A stretch of DNA of 64,000 nt from a virus (IMGVR_UViG_3300044846_005371:56169-120168); one strand, 5' to 3'. Shown: positions 19,333-29,584, counted from the stretch's first letter. The notes: generated from the sequence alone by a model not told the origin. Translations and numbers: made by a program.

Positions 19333-20535
19333 ATGTCGGATACTAAGGATGTTTTGGCCGCTTTTTCAAAGTTTAATGATCTGTTAGACAAAAAGACAAA
19401 AGGCCACGTAAAGCTAAAAGGCTTTTCAGATATTGATGAATTTATTCCAACCGGAAATTATATGCTAAATGCATTAATGTCCGGTTCTTTGTTTGGAGGA
19501 TATCCAAATGCAAGAAGCGTCGGAATCGCTGGAGAATCAGGCACAGGCAAGACCTTCCTCTGTATGAATGCCGTTCGTGAAGCACAAAAGAAAGGATATG
19601 TAACTTTTTATGTGGATACTGAGGGAGCGTTAGATACTGGTGATTTTGAAAAGTTCGGAGTTGACTTAGGACTTTTAAAATATGTAAGATTAGGTATAGT
19701 ATCTGAAGTTAAGTTCTTCATCAATGATCTTATCAAAACAGCTGAGGAGAATCCTGGGCTCAAGATCATGGTTGTAGTTGATTCTTTGGGTATGCTTGAA
19801 ACAGATAAAGAAGTTGCAGATTTAGATAAAGGTAAGAGTGCAAATGATATGGGTCTTAGAGCTAAGGAATTACGTTCCCTGTTCAAATCCTTTACTCTTG
19901 ACTTGTCAAACTTGAAGATTCCATTCCTTTTCACAAATCACATCTCATCCTCACTAGATCAATATAAGCCAGATGGAATGGGTGGAGGTATGGGACCAGT
20001 ATACTCAGCCAGCGTTGTGTTAATGTTGAAAAAAGCTCCTCTTAGAGATGAGGCAACCAATGCAAAAACTGGAGTTATCTGTAGAGCAACTACTGATAAA
20101 AATCGATTAGCAAAACCGGACGCAATTGAGATGCATATTTCCTTCCTTAAAGGAATGAATGAATTTGTAGGCTTGCATAAGCTTCCATTTAACTTTGAAA
20201 ATTGTGGAATAGGTAGAGGTAACAAATTTACTGAAAAGGAATTTTCTAAATTAAAGCCAGCTGAACAATCTGCATGTATTCCATTTGAGATAAGCGGTGA
20301 AAAGTTTTATTTCTTCCCAAAGGAAACTGCTAGAAACTATATCTCACGCCATACTGGCGAAGCGTATCCGTTGAGAGAATTATTCTCTGAAAAGGTATGG
20401 ACAGACGACGCTCTTAAGGAACTTGATGAGAACTTAATTCGTCCAATGTATAAGTATAGTACTGCTCAGGACTTACTTAATGAAGAAACAAACGACTTAG
20501 ACCATTTCAGCGATGACGATAGCGATTCGTTCTGA
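19333..20535 (+). CDS. uvsX: RecA-like recombinase UvsX
   Basis: Walker A GESGTGKT, YVDTEGA, VVVDSLGML, FTNH and GGGMG. ATG at 19333 preferred. Confidence 0.92.
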   Translation: MSDTKDVLAAFSKFNDLLDKKTKGHVKLKGFSDIDEFIPTGNYMLNALMSGSLFGGYPNARSVGIAGESGTGKTFLCMNAVREAQKKGYVTFYVDTEGALDTGDFEKFGVDLGLLKYVRLGIVSEVKFFINDLIKTAEENPGLKIMVVVDSLGMLETDKEVADLDKGKSANDMGLRAKELRSLFKSFTLDLSNLKIPFLFTNHISSSLDQYKPDGMGGGMGPVYSASVVLMLKKAPLRDEATNAKTGVICRATTDKNRLAKPDAIEMHISFLKGMNEFVGLHKLPFNFENCGIGRGNKFTEKEFSKLKPAEQSACIPFEISGEKFYFFPKETARNYISRHTGEAYPLRELFSEKVWTDDALKELDENLIRPMYKYSTAQDLLNEETNDLDHFSDDDSDSF

Positions 20536-20851
20536 TTTGCCGATCAAGTATTACTTGAATCTGCAAAATGATCCAAATATCTTCGATAATGACTCATACC
20601 TATATGAAATTATAGTGTATTTGTTAAAGGTAATTGAGACAAAGGATAAGAACTTGAGCATGGATAACTTAAAGTTTTCATCAAAATCTCTAAAATATGT
20701 TTTTGGAGATAAACTTTCTGATGAAACCTTTAAGAACAATCTAGTTCAAGCATTAAAGGAGATGATCTCCAAGAATTACCTTCAAAATGATGGTGATTTT
20801 ATAAAAATAACAAAAGTAGGACTCGCTAAGTTTTATACAATAAATGATTGA
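20513..20851 (+). CDS. Hypothetical protein, possible winged helix
   Basis: ALKEMISKNYL...IKITKVG pattern; lies between uvsX and the helicase. Confidence 0.55.
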   Translation: MTIAIRSDLPIKYYLNLQNDPNIFDNDSYLYEIIVYLLKVIETKDKNLSMDNLKFSSKSLKYVFGDKLSDETFKNNLVQALKEMISKNYLQNDGDFIKITKVGLAKFYTIND

Positions 20852-22325
20852 TTTTACGCAAAATATAGACTCACTTGAGAGCATGGTTTGGAACTTCATT
20901 TTTAATGAAGATAACATAGATAATGAATTAAAACCAAAGAACCATGATTCATTGCGTAGAGAAGAGCTGATAACTTTAATCCACCCTAAATACTTTAATG
21001 GTGATGTCCGTCAAAATTGTTTTAGAATGGCCTTAAAGTTTTTTAAGGAGCACGATAAGATTCCAAATCGTAAAGAATTAAAGAGCTACCTTGACGTTAA
21101 TTCAATATACTTAGACGAAGAATTTGATGAACTATACGAATTTAATTTACGAGAGTATAATTATGACTATCTTTACAAATATGTAAGGTCCTTTATACTC
21201 TTAAGAAACTTAAATCTAACAGTTTTTGATCTACTCAGTTACCTAAAAACTACTACTATTGATCCAGATAATATCGATCTAATTTCCGAAAAAGTTAGAA
21301 ATGATATTAGTGGAAAGCTTGCAATTAATTTCTCAAGTGGAGATACTGGTTTAAACTTTTTTAATCCAGAAGGTCATATTCAAATCCCAAAGAAGGGAAC
21401 TTCAACTGGCTTCCCATTCCTAGATAAAGTTTTGGGTGGAGGATGGAACTTAAAAACGTTAGTCGTTTTTCAAGGTAGGCCTAAAGTTGGAAAATCAATG
21501 GTGCTTGGAAACATAGCCGCTCGATCATTCTTATCAGGAAATGTCACCGGCTTAGTTACTGTTGAATTAGCTGAACGTCAGTACATGAAGAGAATAGGTT
21601 CAAATATTCTAAGCATTCCTGGAGATGAATACTCTGCAATTATTGATAGCGATAAGGCATCAATAATTTCAAATAAGCTAGCTGATCTTAAAGCGAATAC
21701 TACTGGAATTGGAGAGCTTTGGGTGAAAGAATTTCCTACTGGAAACTGTACAGCGATCGATATTGAGAACTACTTCCTTCGTTTGGAAAGCAAGATCAAT
21801 AAAAAGTTTAAAGTTATTGTTGTTGACTATTTGAATCTACTGAGACCTCTTAAAGATCAAGAAGGACTCTATTCAAAAGTAAAAGCAATTTCAGAGGAAC
21901 TTAGGGGAGTTGCAATGCGTAACGAGTGGTGTATGGTATCAGCTACTCAAATTCGTAGAGAAGACGTTGAAAACTTTGACTTAGGTATGGAATCAGTCGC
22001 CGAATCATTTGGTCTAGTGCACACAGTTGACTCCCTATTTGGCTTGATGCGAGCTCCTTTAGAATCAAGAATGAAGATCAAAGTCATAGCGAATCGCGAT
22101 AATGGATACGAAGAAAGTTATAAATTCTTCGCAATGCAAAAAGAGTTCTCAAGATTAACTGAGGAGATCGGAATAGGTAGTGAATTCTATAGCGATGATG
22201 AAGAAGTAAATAGTCTAGCTGAACAAGTTAGATCTGAACATGCTAGTTTAAGTGTTCAACCAAATCAGCAACCTGCGACGGTCAGTGCATCCGATAATTA
22301 CGATGATCTGCTAAGTAGTATATAA
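20844..22325 (+). CDS. g41: Replicative DnaB-like helicase (gp41-like)
   Basis: TGFPFLDKVLGGG, GRPKVGKS, IVVDYLNLL, ATQIRR and AESFG. Confidence 0.92.
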   Translation: MIDFTQNIDSLESMVWNFIFNEDNIDNELKPKNHDSLRREELITLIHPKYFNGDVRQNCFRMALKFFKEHDKIPNRKELKSYLDVNSIYLDEEFDELYEFNLREYNYDYLYKYVRSFILLRNLNLTVFDLLSYLKTTTIDPDNIDLISEKVRNDISGKLAINFSSGDTGLNFFNPEGHIQIPKKGTSTGFPFLDKVLGGGWNLKTLVVFQGRPKVGKSMVLGNIAARSFLSGNVTGLVTVELAERQYMKRIGSNILSIPGDEYSAIIDSDKASIISNKLADLKANTTGIGELWVKEFPTGNCTAIDIENYFLRLESKINKKFKVIVVDYLNLLRPLKDQEGLYSKVKAISEELRGVAMRNEWCMVSATQIRREDVENFDLGMESVAESFGLVHTVDSLFGLMRAPLESRMKIKVIANRDNGYEESYKFFAMQKEFSRLTEEIGIGSEFYSDDEEVNSLAEQVRSEHASLSVQPNQQPATVSASDNYDDLLSSI

Positions 22326-22341
22326 AAATAATCCAACTTGG

Positions 22342-22884
22342 ATGCAAAATGAAGAATTTGAAGAAATAGATGATTCGTTAGATAATGAAGTAACTAGAGA
22401 AGATAAAATATTTAATAATCGCTATAACTCTGGCGATGGATTAATGGACCCAGATGATTATGCATTTAATGCAAGACTCAATATAAGTAATGATTACTCC
22501 TCATCCTTCCTTAAAGATATTTATGAAGTTGAATATCAGATGGAGTATTCTAACTCAATTGATAGCATCTTTGATTTTTTCAATAATGATCCTGAAATCT
22601 CAAAAATGATCACAGTAAACTCAACAGGAAGTAAAAATAAGTTTGCAAAGGAAGAAATTAATTTTATCTTCAATAAGGCATATTCTCAACTAAGTTCAGT
22701 TGAAGAAGACTCCCATTATTTTAGCCCAATCTACATAGTTGAGGCAATATCTGCAATTTCTTCAATGGAATATAAGAAAATATTCGATTCTCTTGAAACC
22801 GATATACAGGAAATTCTTATAATTGAACTAAATAAAAAATATAACTTCCTAGAGGGAAGATTTACTAAAAAAAGAATGCACTAA
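22342..22884 (+). CDS. Hypothetical acidic protein
   Basis: 180-aa ORF in the replication operon. Confidence 0.7.
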   Translation: MQNEEFEEIDDSLDNEVTREDKIFNNRYNSGDGLMDPDDYAFNARLNISNDYSSSFLKDIYEVEYQMEYSNSIDSIFDFFNNDPEISKMITVNSTGSKNKFAKEEINFIFNKAYSQLSSVEEDSHYFSPIYIVEAISAISSMEYKKIFDSLETDIQEILIIELNKKYNFLEGRFTKKRMH

Positions 22885-23129
22885 TGAGATTTGTAAAATT
22901 TACAATAAATGGTATTGCCAGAATGATAAACTTGTATCAGGTGAGCGATATTCAGTATGTTTCCGGTACTTCAATTGTTCTCATATTCTATAACACTTTC
23001 GATTATAGCGAAGTTGTGACCATTGAATCTGCATCAGATGACGAAGCTAGATTACTATTTGAAAAATTGGAAAAAGCATGTCGTCCAATCGACTTTGATG
23101 AACTTGATATTACTGAAATTAGAGATTAA
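22884..23129 (+). CDS. Hypothetical protein
   Basis: TAATG overlaps on both sides. Confidence 0.7.
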   Translation: MRFVKFTINGIARMINLYQVSDIQYVSGTSIVLIFYNTFDYSEVVTIESASDDEARLLFEKLEKACRPIDFDELDITEIRD

Positions 23130-24247
23130 TGATAAATTTAACAGGAATTAGAAAAATATTTCTGTTGGGTGATCTACACTTAGGCGTTAGAAATAACTCA
23201 ACAGAATGGTTTGAAATCCAAAAGTCTTTTCTTTTGGATTTTTTTATCAGAAAAATAGAGGAAGATGGATTTGATCCTGATCAAGACGTCTTATTCCAAG
23301 CTGGCGACTGGAATCACGTTAGAGAATCCACAAATGTTAGAATTTGGAACTCATCTTTAGATATTGCTGAGGCCCTATCGAATAAGTTTAAGAGAGGTGT
23401 TTATATCATCTTAGGCAATCATGATGTATATTATAAAGATCGAACAGATACACATTCTCTAAAGGGATATGATAGAATGTTTCCTAACTTTAAGATATTT
23501 GAAAAACCTGAGGTCCTTCAAGTAAATAATAAGCATAAATTCTTAATGCTTCCTTGGATAGAAAGCGTTGACGAGATTTCGCAAGTTGTTCTTAATCATA
23601 GTGGAAAAGTAGATTACATACTTTGTCATGCAGACATTAAGGGATTTCGACTAAATAAATGGGCAACCTTAGAACACGGATTAGAGATAAATGATTTGCA
23701 AGCATTCAAACGAATCTATTCTGGACACATCCATATTCGTCAGGAGAACTTAAATTCATTATATGTTGGTACACCATACCATATGGATAGAGGTGATCGT
23801 GGGAACTCTAAGGGCTTCTACATACTTGATTTTTCTACAGGAGATCTTGTGGAAAGATTCGTTGAGAATACTGAGTCGCCACAATATGTAAAATACGATA
23901 TGTTTGAGTTATTAAACATGAACTTCGATGAAATTTCAACTCTATTTAAGAATAACTTCGTTGACGTTATGATTGAAGCCGAATTTGCATCAAAATTCCC
24001 AATAACTCAATTTACTGAGATGGTAAAACCATCTGGTTATCGACATATTGAGTTCTTCACATATAATAAGAATCAAAAGACTCGAAGCGAACAAGAATCA
24101 GAATCAAGTTATGAGTACAATATCTTCGATATTCTTGAAAATCAGCTAAAGTCTAGAAGTTATTCAGAATCGTTAAGCACCGAAGTTAGATCAAAGTTCA
24201 AGGAGATCTATGATTCTCTTAGGAACAATAAAAGTCACGCACAATGA
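23129..24247 (+). CDS. g47: Recombination endonuclease subunit (Mre11/SbcD, gp47-like)
   Basis: GDLHLG, AGDW, GNHD, CH and SGHIH metallophosphoesterase motifs. Confidence 0.92.
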   Translation: MINLTGIRKIFLLGDLHLGVRNNSTEWFEIQKSFLLDFFIRKIEEDGFDPDQDVLFQAGDWNHVRESTNVRIWNSSLDIAEALSNKFKRGVYIILGNHDVYYKDRTDTHSLKGYDRMFPNFKIFEKPEVLQVNNKHKFLMLPWIESVDEISQVVLNHSGKVDYILCHADIKGFRLNKWATLEHGLEINDLQAFKRIYSGHIHIRQENLNSLYVGTPYHMDRGDRGNSKGFYILDFSTGDLVERFVENTESPQYVKYDMFELLNMNFDEISTLFKNNFVDVMIEAEFASKFPITQFTEMVKPSGYRHIEFFTYNKNQKTRSEQESESSYEYNIFDILENQLKSRSYSESLSTEVRSKFKEIYDSLRNNKSHAQ

Positions 24248-25935
24248 AGCTATTAGAATTTTCATACAAGAATATACTTTCATACGGTAACAAGCTACAA
24301 AAATTTGAATTTACTGATGAACCTCAACTTATATTAGTCGAAGGAGAAAATGGTGCAGGTAAATCATCAATTAAAGAAGCATTAACTGTTTCGATTTACG
24401 GACGATCTGCTATCCGAAAGATGAAAGATATTCCAAATTGGATTAATCGAAATGCGTATACTCAAGTTAAGTTTATTTCAAATTCTGGAGAAACTATTGA
24501 GATCGATAGAGGAATCGATCCAAACTTTAGTAACATCCAAGTAAATGGATCAGAATTTAATCTGCCAGATAAGAGAAAAGTTGATGAGTTCGTAGAAGAT
24601 GATTTAGCTAGAATACCATTTACTGTATTTTGTAATACTATTAGCCTATCATTCGATGATTTTAAGTCATTTGTTAACTTAACTCAAGCAGATAAGAGAA
24701 AGATTGTCGATCGAATCTTTGGAATCGATATCCTTAGTGATATGCGAGTAGTTGTTAAAGATGATCTAAAATCAAGAAAGAAGGAACTTGAATTAATTGA
24801 CACAAAGCTTTCTCAAAATAAGGAAGTTTTATCAAGATCAATGATTCAACTAGATACTCTAAAGAAAACTTTACTTGAAAAAAAGGACAATGAAGTTTCT
24901 AGACTAACTACTTCAATTTCCGATAAGGAATCCGAATTAGTTGAAATTCGTGAAAAGTATCAAGCTTTTAAAAAGGTAATTGATGATGTTAATGCAAAGA
25001 TAAACGATATTAAGGAAAATTCTAGGAGTTATTCATCCTCTATCCGAGATCTTTCATCAAAATTAGATCTCTATAATAAGAATAGATGCCCGCACTGCTT
25101 AAATGACCTAACAACTGATACTTCTAAAAAGACCAAGGAAATTATTGAGTCCAAGAAAATAGAGCTAGAGCAAAAGTTACCTGCTCTAAATGCTTCTCTA
25201 TCTGAATTGAACGCTGAATTAAATAAGCAAGTTGATGAGCAATCAGAGGCTAGGTCAGATTTCTATCAAGTTCAAGCAGATCTCAACGCTTTAAAAAATG
25301 AGCTTGATAAATTACAAAAACAACTTGAAAATTCTGAAACAGGTTCAATTCAATCAATTATCGATTCGTTAGAAAGTGATATAGCTAGAGAAGAATCATT
25401 ACTTTCTGAAAAGAAAGGAGCTTCTCAACTATTTGAAATTTTAGACGATTTATTATCTGATTCAGGAATAAAGAAATCATTAATTGACAAAATTATTCCA
25501 GCCCTAAATGATAGAATCTTGGAAATTTCAAAACAGTTAGAATTCAAATTTACATTTGAGTTCGATAGCGACTTCAATCCTATCATTTCTTATTTAGGAA
25601 TGGATATTTCTCCTGAAAGTTTATCAAGTGGTCAACGTAAGAAGATGAACCTAATTGTTCTTCTTGCTTTCATTGAGCTAATTAAGATGAAACACAATCA
25701 AATGAATATCATGTTTCTTGATGAGATCTTTAGTTCTCTTGATAAGAACAATGTATATCGTGCAATTGAGATTCTAAAGCAATATTCTGAGAAATATAAT
25801 ATGACTATCTTTGTAGTATCTCACGAAGCTCTTCCTGAAGAATTCTTCGATACTCGTATCTCAGTTACACAGTCCGACCATTTCTCAGATATGAAGATCA
25901 TCTCAAATAAAAAGCAAGTAAAACCTAAGAAATAA
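24244..25935 (+). CDS. g46: Recombination ATPase subunit (Rad50/SbcC, gp46-like)
   Basis: GENGAGKS, CPHC zinc hook, LSSGQ signature, FLDE and VVSH. Confidence 0.93.
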   Translation: MKLLEFSYKNILSYGNKLQKFEFTDEPQLILVEGENGAGKSSIKEALTVSIYGRSAIRKMKDIPNWINRNAYTQVKFISNSGETIEIDRGIDPNFSNIQVNGSEFNLPDKRKVDEFVEDDLARIPFTVFCNTISLSFDDFKSFVNLTQADKRKIVDRIFGIDILSDMRVVVKDDLKSRKKELELIDTKLSQNKEVLSRSMIQLDTLKKTLLEKKDNEVSRLTTSISDKESELVEIREKYQAFKKVIDDVNAKINDIKENSRSYSSSIRDLSSKLDLYNKNRCPHCLNDLTTDTSKKTKEIIESKKIELEQKLPALNASLSELNAELNKQVDEQSEARSDFYQVQADLNALKNELDKLQKQLENSETGSIQSIIDSLESDIAREESLLSEKKGASQLFEILDDLLSDSGIKKSLIDKIIPALNDRILEISKQLEFKFTFEFDSDFNPIISYLGMDISPESLSSGQRKKMNLIVLLAFIELIKMKHNQMNIMFLDEIFSSLDKNNVYRAIEILKQYSEKYNMTIFVVSHEALPEEFFDTRISVTQSDHFSDMKIISNKKQVKPKK

Positions 25936-25947
25936 AATAGTGTATAA
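25921..25947 (+). promoter_or_regulatory. Putative early/middle promoter AAACCT-N15-GTATAA
   Basis: Recurrent bipartite motif. Confidence 0.5.
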
Positions 25948-25953
25948 AATATT

Positions 25954-26829
25954 ATGATTATCCATAAGGCTAAAACATTTGCTGAAGCTTATAAAGAAAG
26001 TATCGAAGCAGTTTATAAAAACCCTCAATTCGTAACTAGACCTCGAGATCTAAATATCTATGAGAATACTGATGTTGCATTAGTTATTGAGGATCCTCTT
26101 TCGTGTTTATATGATAATGCAGCACGATCTTCTCAGTATAAATACATCTCTGCTGAGTTGTTATGGTATTTCATGGGAAGAAATGATGTAGCTTTCATTG
26201 AGAAATTTGCAAAATTCTGGTCCTCAATTCAAAACGAAGACGGCACAGTAAATTCATCGTACGGAAACCTTCTCTTCACTAAGAAAAATAGATATTCCCT
26301 ATCTCAATACTTTTGGGCATACCAGTCACTGGTGAGAGATAAGGATTCTAGACAAGCTGTGATGCATTTTAATTTACCGGAACACCAATATGTTGGAAAC
26401 AAGGATTTTGTATGCACAATGTATGGGATATTTCAAATCAGAGATAATAAGTTGAATTTAACTATATCTATGAGAAGTAATGATGCAATTTGGGGAACTC
26501 CAACCGACGTTGCTTTTTTTGCAACTCTTATGAGTCAAATGCAATATCATTTAGTATCTAGTGGAGTCTATCCAGATCTTGAACTTGGAACTTACACACA
26601 TATAGCAAATTCATATCATATTTACGATAGACACTTTAAATTAGTTGATCAAATGTTAGAGAATGAGTTTATACCAGTCTCAATACCTGCAGTTGATTCC
26701 AACTTAATTTCACAAAATGGAGAGCCTACTTCAAGTTTACGAATATTGTTCGATCATTATTCAGAAGGAATTTCTCCAGTAAAATCAAATATTTACGCAT
26801 GGATATCAAAGCATCTAGCCAACAAATAA
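25954..26829 (+). CDS. Thymidylate-synthase-family enzyme, probable dCMP hydroxymethylase (T4 gp42-like)
   Basis: NSSYG, DSRQA, DFVC154T, MRSNDAIWGTPTD185 and SYHIY. Asp rather than Asn 31 residues after the catalytic Cys. Confidence 0.75.
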   Translation: MIIHKAKTFAEAYKESIEAVYKNPQFVTRPRDLNIYENTDVALVIEDPLSCLYDNAARSSQYKYISAELLWYFMGRNDVAFIEKFAKFWSSIQNEDGTVNSSYGNLLFTKKNRYSLSQYFWAYQSLVRDKDSRQAVMHFNLPEHQYVGNKDFVCTMYGIFQIRDNKLNLTISMRSNDAIWGTPTDVAFFATLMSQMQYHLVSSGVYPDLELGTYTHIANSYHIYDRHFKLVDQMLENEFIPVSIPAVDSNLISQNGEPTSSLRILFDHYSEGISPVKSNIYAWISKHLANK

Positions 26830-27029
26830 GAAGCAAAGTATTTTCAAAAATTGTATCAAGAATTATCGGATTCTTCATATCTGCTTTAATATGTAAGTGG
26901 TTATATGACGCTTTCTTACTTGATGTATTTAAAACAAGTATAACATACGTTGATTGGTTACTAATAAAACTAATATTAAATCTATTAAGCCCCACATTTT
27001 TCAATGTTTCATTCAACTCTGATAAGTAA
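26799..27029 (+). CDS. Small hydrophobic, possibly membrane protein
   Basis: Fills the gap between the TS-like and deaminase genes; two hydrophobic stretches; start uncertain. Confidence 0.4.
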   Translation: MDIKASSQQIRSKVFSKIVSRIIGFFISALICKWLYDAFLLDVFKTSITYVDWLLIKLILNLLSPTFFNVSFNSDK

Positions 27030-27438
27030 AGAACTAAAGTATCATTTAACATACTTAAAGATGGCTAGTGAATGGTCAACTTTATCATGTTGTGGTAGAA
27101 AGAAAGTAGGCGCCTTGATTGTCAAAGACGGTACTATTATTTCAGATGGATTTAACGGAACGCCTAAAGGCTTTCCGAATGATTGTGAAGATGCAAATGG
27201 CGACACTCACTGGTATGTTTTGCACGCCGAAGCGAATGCATTACTTAAAGTGGCTAGATCTACTCAAAGCACTAATGGAGCAACTCTGTACGTCACAACT
27301 TCTCCGTGTAAAGAATGCAGCAAATTAATAATTCAAGCAGGCATATCTATGGTTGTGTATAAGGAAGACTATAAGGATTTGACTGGCTTGAAAATTTTGC
27401 AAGAGGCTGGGATAAAAATTACAAAATTAGAAATATGA
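27004..27438 (+). CDS. cd: dCMP deaminase
   Basis: KVGALI, GFNGTP, HAE and SPCKEC. Confidence 0.93.
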   Translation: MFHSTLISKELKYHLTYLKMASEWSTLSCCGRKKVGALIVKDGTIISDGFNGTPKGFPNDCEDANGDTHWYVLHAEANALLKVARSTQSTNGATLYVTTSPCKECSKLIIQAGISMVVYKEDYKDLTGLKILQEAGIKITKLEI

Positions 27439-27836
27439 TTGAGCCGCGCCAAGTAAATGTAATCTTCGTAAAAGAGTATAGGTATTATATTCATGCTTTT
27501 GATAAAAAAAGCAAAGAAGATTATGTTTTAAACGTTAGCAAAATCATTAAAGAGAAATTCAACACTAAGTTCATAATACCGAATCCAGTTCAATCTTTCC
27601 TATTGAATTATGAGATTAAGAAATTACTAGATAAAGCTATTAATATCAAAAATCAAAAGTATTCAAATATTGTGTATCTTAATTCGAACTTAACGTATTC
27701 TTCTATCATAAATACTGTTAGTTTTATGGAAGCTGAGTATTCAGACATCGAATTCAAATTTAAGTACGTTGAGCATAAGGACTTCGATGATATGATACAC
27801 ACTATTGATTTTTTGGAAATACTCCAATTAAAATAA
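27435..27836 (+). CDS. Hypothetical protein
   Basis: 133-aa ORF with ATGA overlap. Confidence 0.7.
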   Translation: MIEPRQVNVIFVKEYRYYIHAFDKKSKEDYVLNVSKIIKEKFNTKFIIPNPVQSFLLNYEIKKLLDKAINIKNQKYSNIVYLNSNLTYSSIINTVSFMEAEYSDIEFKFKYVEHKDFDDMIHTIDFLEILQLK

Positions 27837-27860
27837 AAAACCCACCATTTGGTGGGTTTT
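27837..27860. terminator. Bidirectional rho-independent terminator
   Basis: AAAACCCACCA-TT-TGGTGGGTTTT between convergent genes. Confidence 0.85.
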
Positions 27861-27878
27861 ACATTAGTAAATATTTCA

Positions 27879-28289
27879 TCAAAGGGTAAACTGTTGGTGT
27901 GACGATACTGAAACTCCTAATCTAGATAATATGTCCCTGTTTAGAAGAACAAGAGTCTCTTTATCTGATCTGTCAGTCAACGCAACTGGTGCTTCCATCC
28001 GAACTCCTCCTATCTCTATCGTCAGCATGACAATAGGCCTTTTATCTAGAGAGTGTCCTACTTTTGCATGGCTCCAATCTATAATATGATCTACTCTATG
28101 CTCCCCATTACATTCCCATCTAACTGAATCTCCAGCTATTTCAAGAGAATTGACACCTAATGAACTAGCTTTAGTTCCATTTCCAGTATCTAACTTAGCT
28201 GTGAATTGACCTAATCCATCTATTGTGATCATCTCTTTCCAACCAAGTTCTTTCTCAAATAAAGAGTAGTATTTAATATACTTCATCAC
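27879..28289 (-). CDS. Retropepsin-like aspartic protease (RimK-associated type)
   Basis: AKLDTGNG active site, KRPIV and LTDRSD...VLLNR. Leader KYIKYYSLFE. Confidence 0.75.
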   Translation of the reverse strand: MMKYIKYYSLFEKELGWKEMITIDGLGQFTAKLDTGNGTKASSLGVNSLEIAGDSVRWECNGEHRVDHIIDWSHAKVGHSLDKRPIVMLTIEIGGVRMEAPVALTDRSDKETLVLLNRDILSRLGVSVSSHQQFTL

Positions 28290-28318
28290 GATAGCTATGA
28301 AAACTTTACATTAAGCTT

Positions 28319-28990
28319 TTAGAAATCATCTTCAAAATAGTCTTCGTCCTCATCTCCTTCTTCTCCACCTAAAAGCAGTCTTTCAATTTCCCTAATTTCA
28401 GCAGCACTCGGCTCTCTATCAGTAGAATAATTAGAAGAAGTATCTTCATCGTCATTTGCTAAATCATCGAAGTCGTCTTCTAAGTATTCATCTTCATCTG
28501 ACATTGCTTCAATCTTGTCCCAACTCATAGGCTTAACATCATATTCTTTCATGCCTAATGGATTTGCACCAGTTGCTAATTCAGCATCACTGTACTCTTC
28601 TTCTGGCATGTCTTGTTCATTCACAAATTGTGAGAATTTCGAATATGCTTTACCTTCGTTCATTTTAGCTTTCTTTTTTGCTGCTTTTCTTTCCATTGCA
28701 TCTTCTAGATCAACTACTGGAATACCCATCATTTCATGGTCGTAATCAAAAGCATCTTGACCTTCTTGCTTATACACTAAGTCATGAGTCATTGCTTTGT
28801 ATGTTGAATCATAGTGATCTCCAAACATTGGATCTCTCTTTACTACACGGCGATATCCGTTTAGTTTTTCTTCTTTTCCTACCTTTGTTTTAGGTTTAGC
28901 TGAAGAGGGTCCACCGAATCCAGGTTTACTTAGGTCCATATATGAATCCATATCGTGAAGGTCTCTTCTTTTAGGGTTAAAAATGTCCAT
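28319..28990 (-). CDS. Hypothetical protein with very acidic C-terminal half (putative head protein)
   Basis: Internal MNEG...KFSQFVNEQ; D/E-rich tail. Confidence 0.65.
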   Translation of the reverse strand: MDIFNPKRRDLHDMDSYMDLSKPGFGGPSSAKPKTKVGKEEKLNGYRRVVKRDPMFGDHYDSTYKAMTHDLVYKQEGQDAFDYDHEMMGIPVVDLEDAMERKAAKKKAKMNEGKAYSKFSQFVNEQDMPEEEYSDAELATGANPLGMKEYDVKPMSWDKIEAMSDEDEYLEDDFDDLANDDEDTSSNYSTDREPSAAEIREIERLLLGGEEGDEDEDYFEDDF

Positions 28991-29008
28991 TTTCTACTCT
29001 AGATTATT

Positions 29009-29584
29009 TTAGATTTCAATTTGACCTATTCTAGTCTCTACATACGAATCACAACGGAACTTAAGACCAGTAATTTTGTAGATTTCGTTATCTGTGTAGT
29101 TTAGATCCATTGCTGTGATTGGCGCTTCCAAGTAAGCTGGTTTAAATCTAAATTCTCTATAAATTTGTCCAGCTTTATTAAATACTCCAACATATATTTC
29201 ACCAACATAGTCTTTTTTCAAACCTTGGCGACCATTTAGTGGATCGTAGATTAAATCTGCCCAAGCACGAAGAGTATTGTAAACATACATGCTATTATCT
29301 TCATTTAAGTTAACTTCAAAGTCCATGTTCAAAGTAACTGAAGTTGCTTCTGGCATACCTCCAACAAATGTTCTTTCAGCAAATTTGTAGAACTGCTTTA
29401 CAATTGTACCAGTTCCTGCTTTTTCAGGAAGTCCTGTAATTTTAGTAACATGTTCAACTAAAAGATTCACATTATCTGTGATTGTTGCAGGCGGAGTTAT
29501 AATTACTTCAAACTGATTCTTAAATAAAGGTTCGTAGTAATTACGTGCAGCTTGCGAATTATTCCAATGCGGTAAACCGGCCAT
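29009..29584 (-). CDS. g19: Tail tube protein (gp19-like)
   Basis: EPLFKNQFEV...LP...FEVNLNED...VYNTLRAWADL...FRFKPAY...FRCD pattern. Confidence 0.85.
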   Translation of the reverse strand: MAGLPHWNNSQAARNYYEPLFKNQFEVIITPPATITDNVNLLVEHVTKITGLPEKAGTGTIVKQFYKFAERTFVGGMPEATSVTLNMDFEVNLNEDNSMYVYNTLRAWADLIYDPLNGRQGLKKDYVGEIYVGVFNKAGQIYREFRFKPAYLEAPITAMDLNYTDNEIYKITGLKFRCDSYVETRIGQIEI

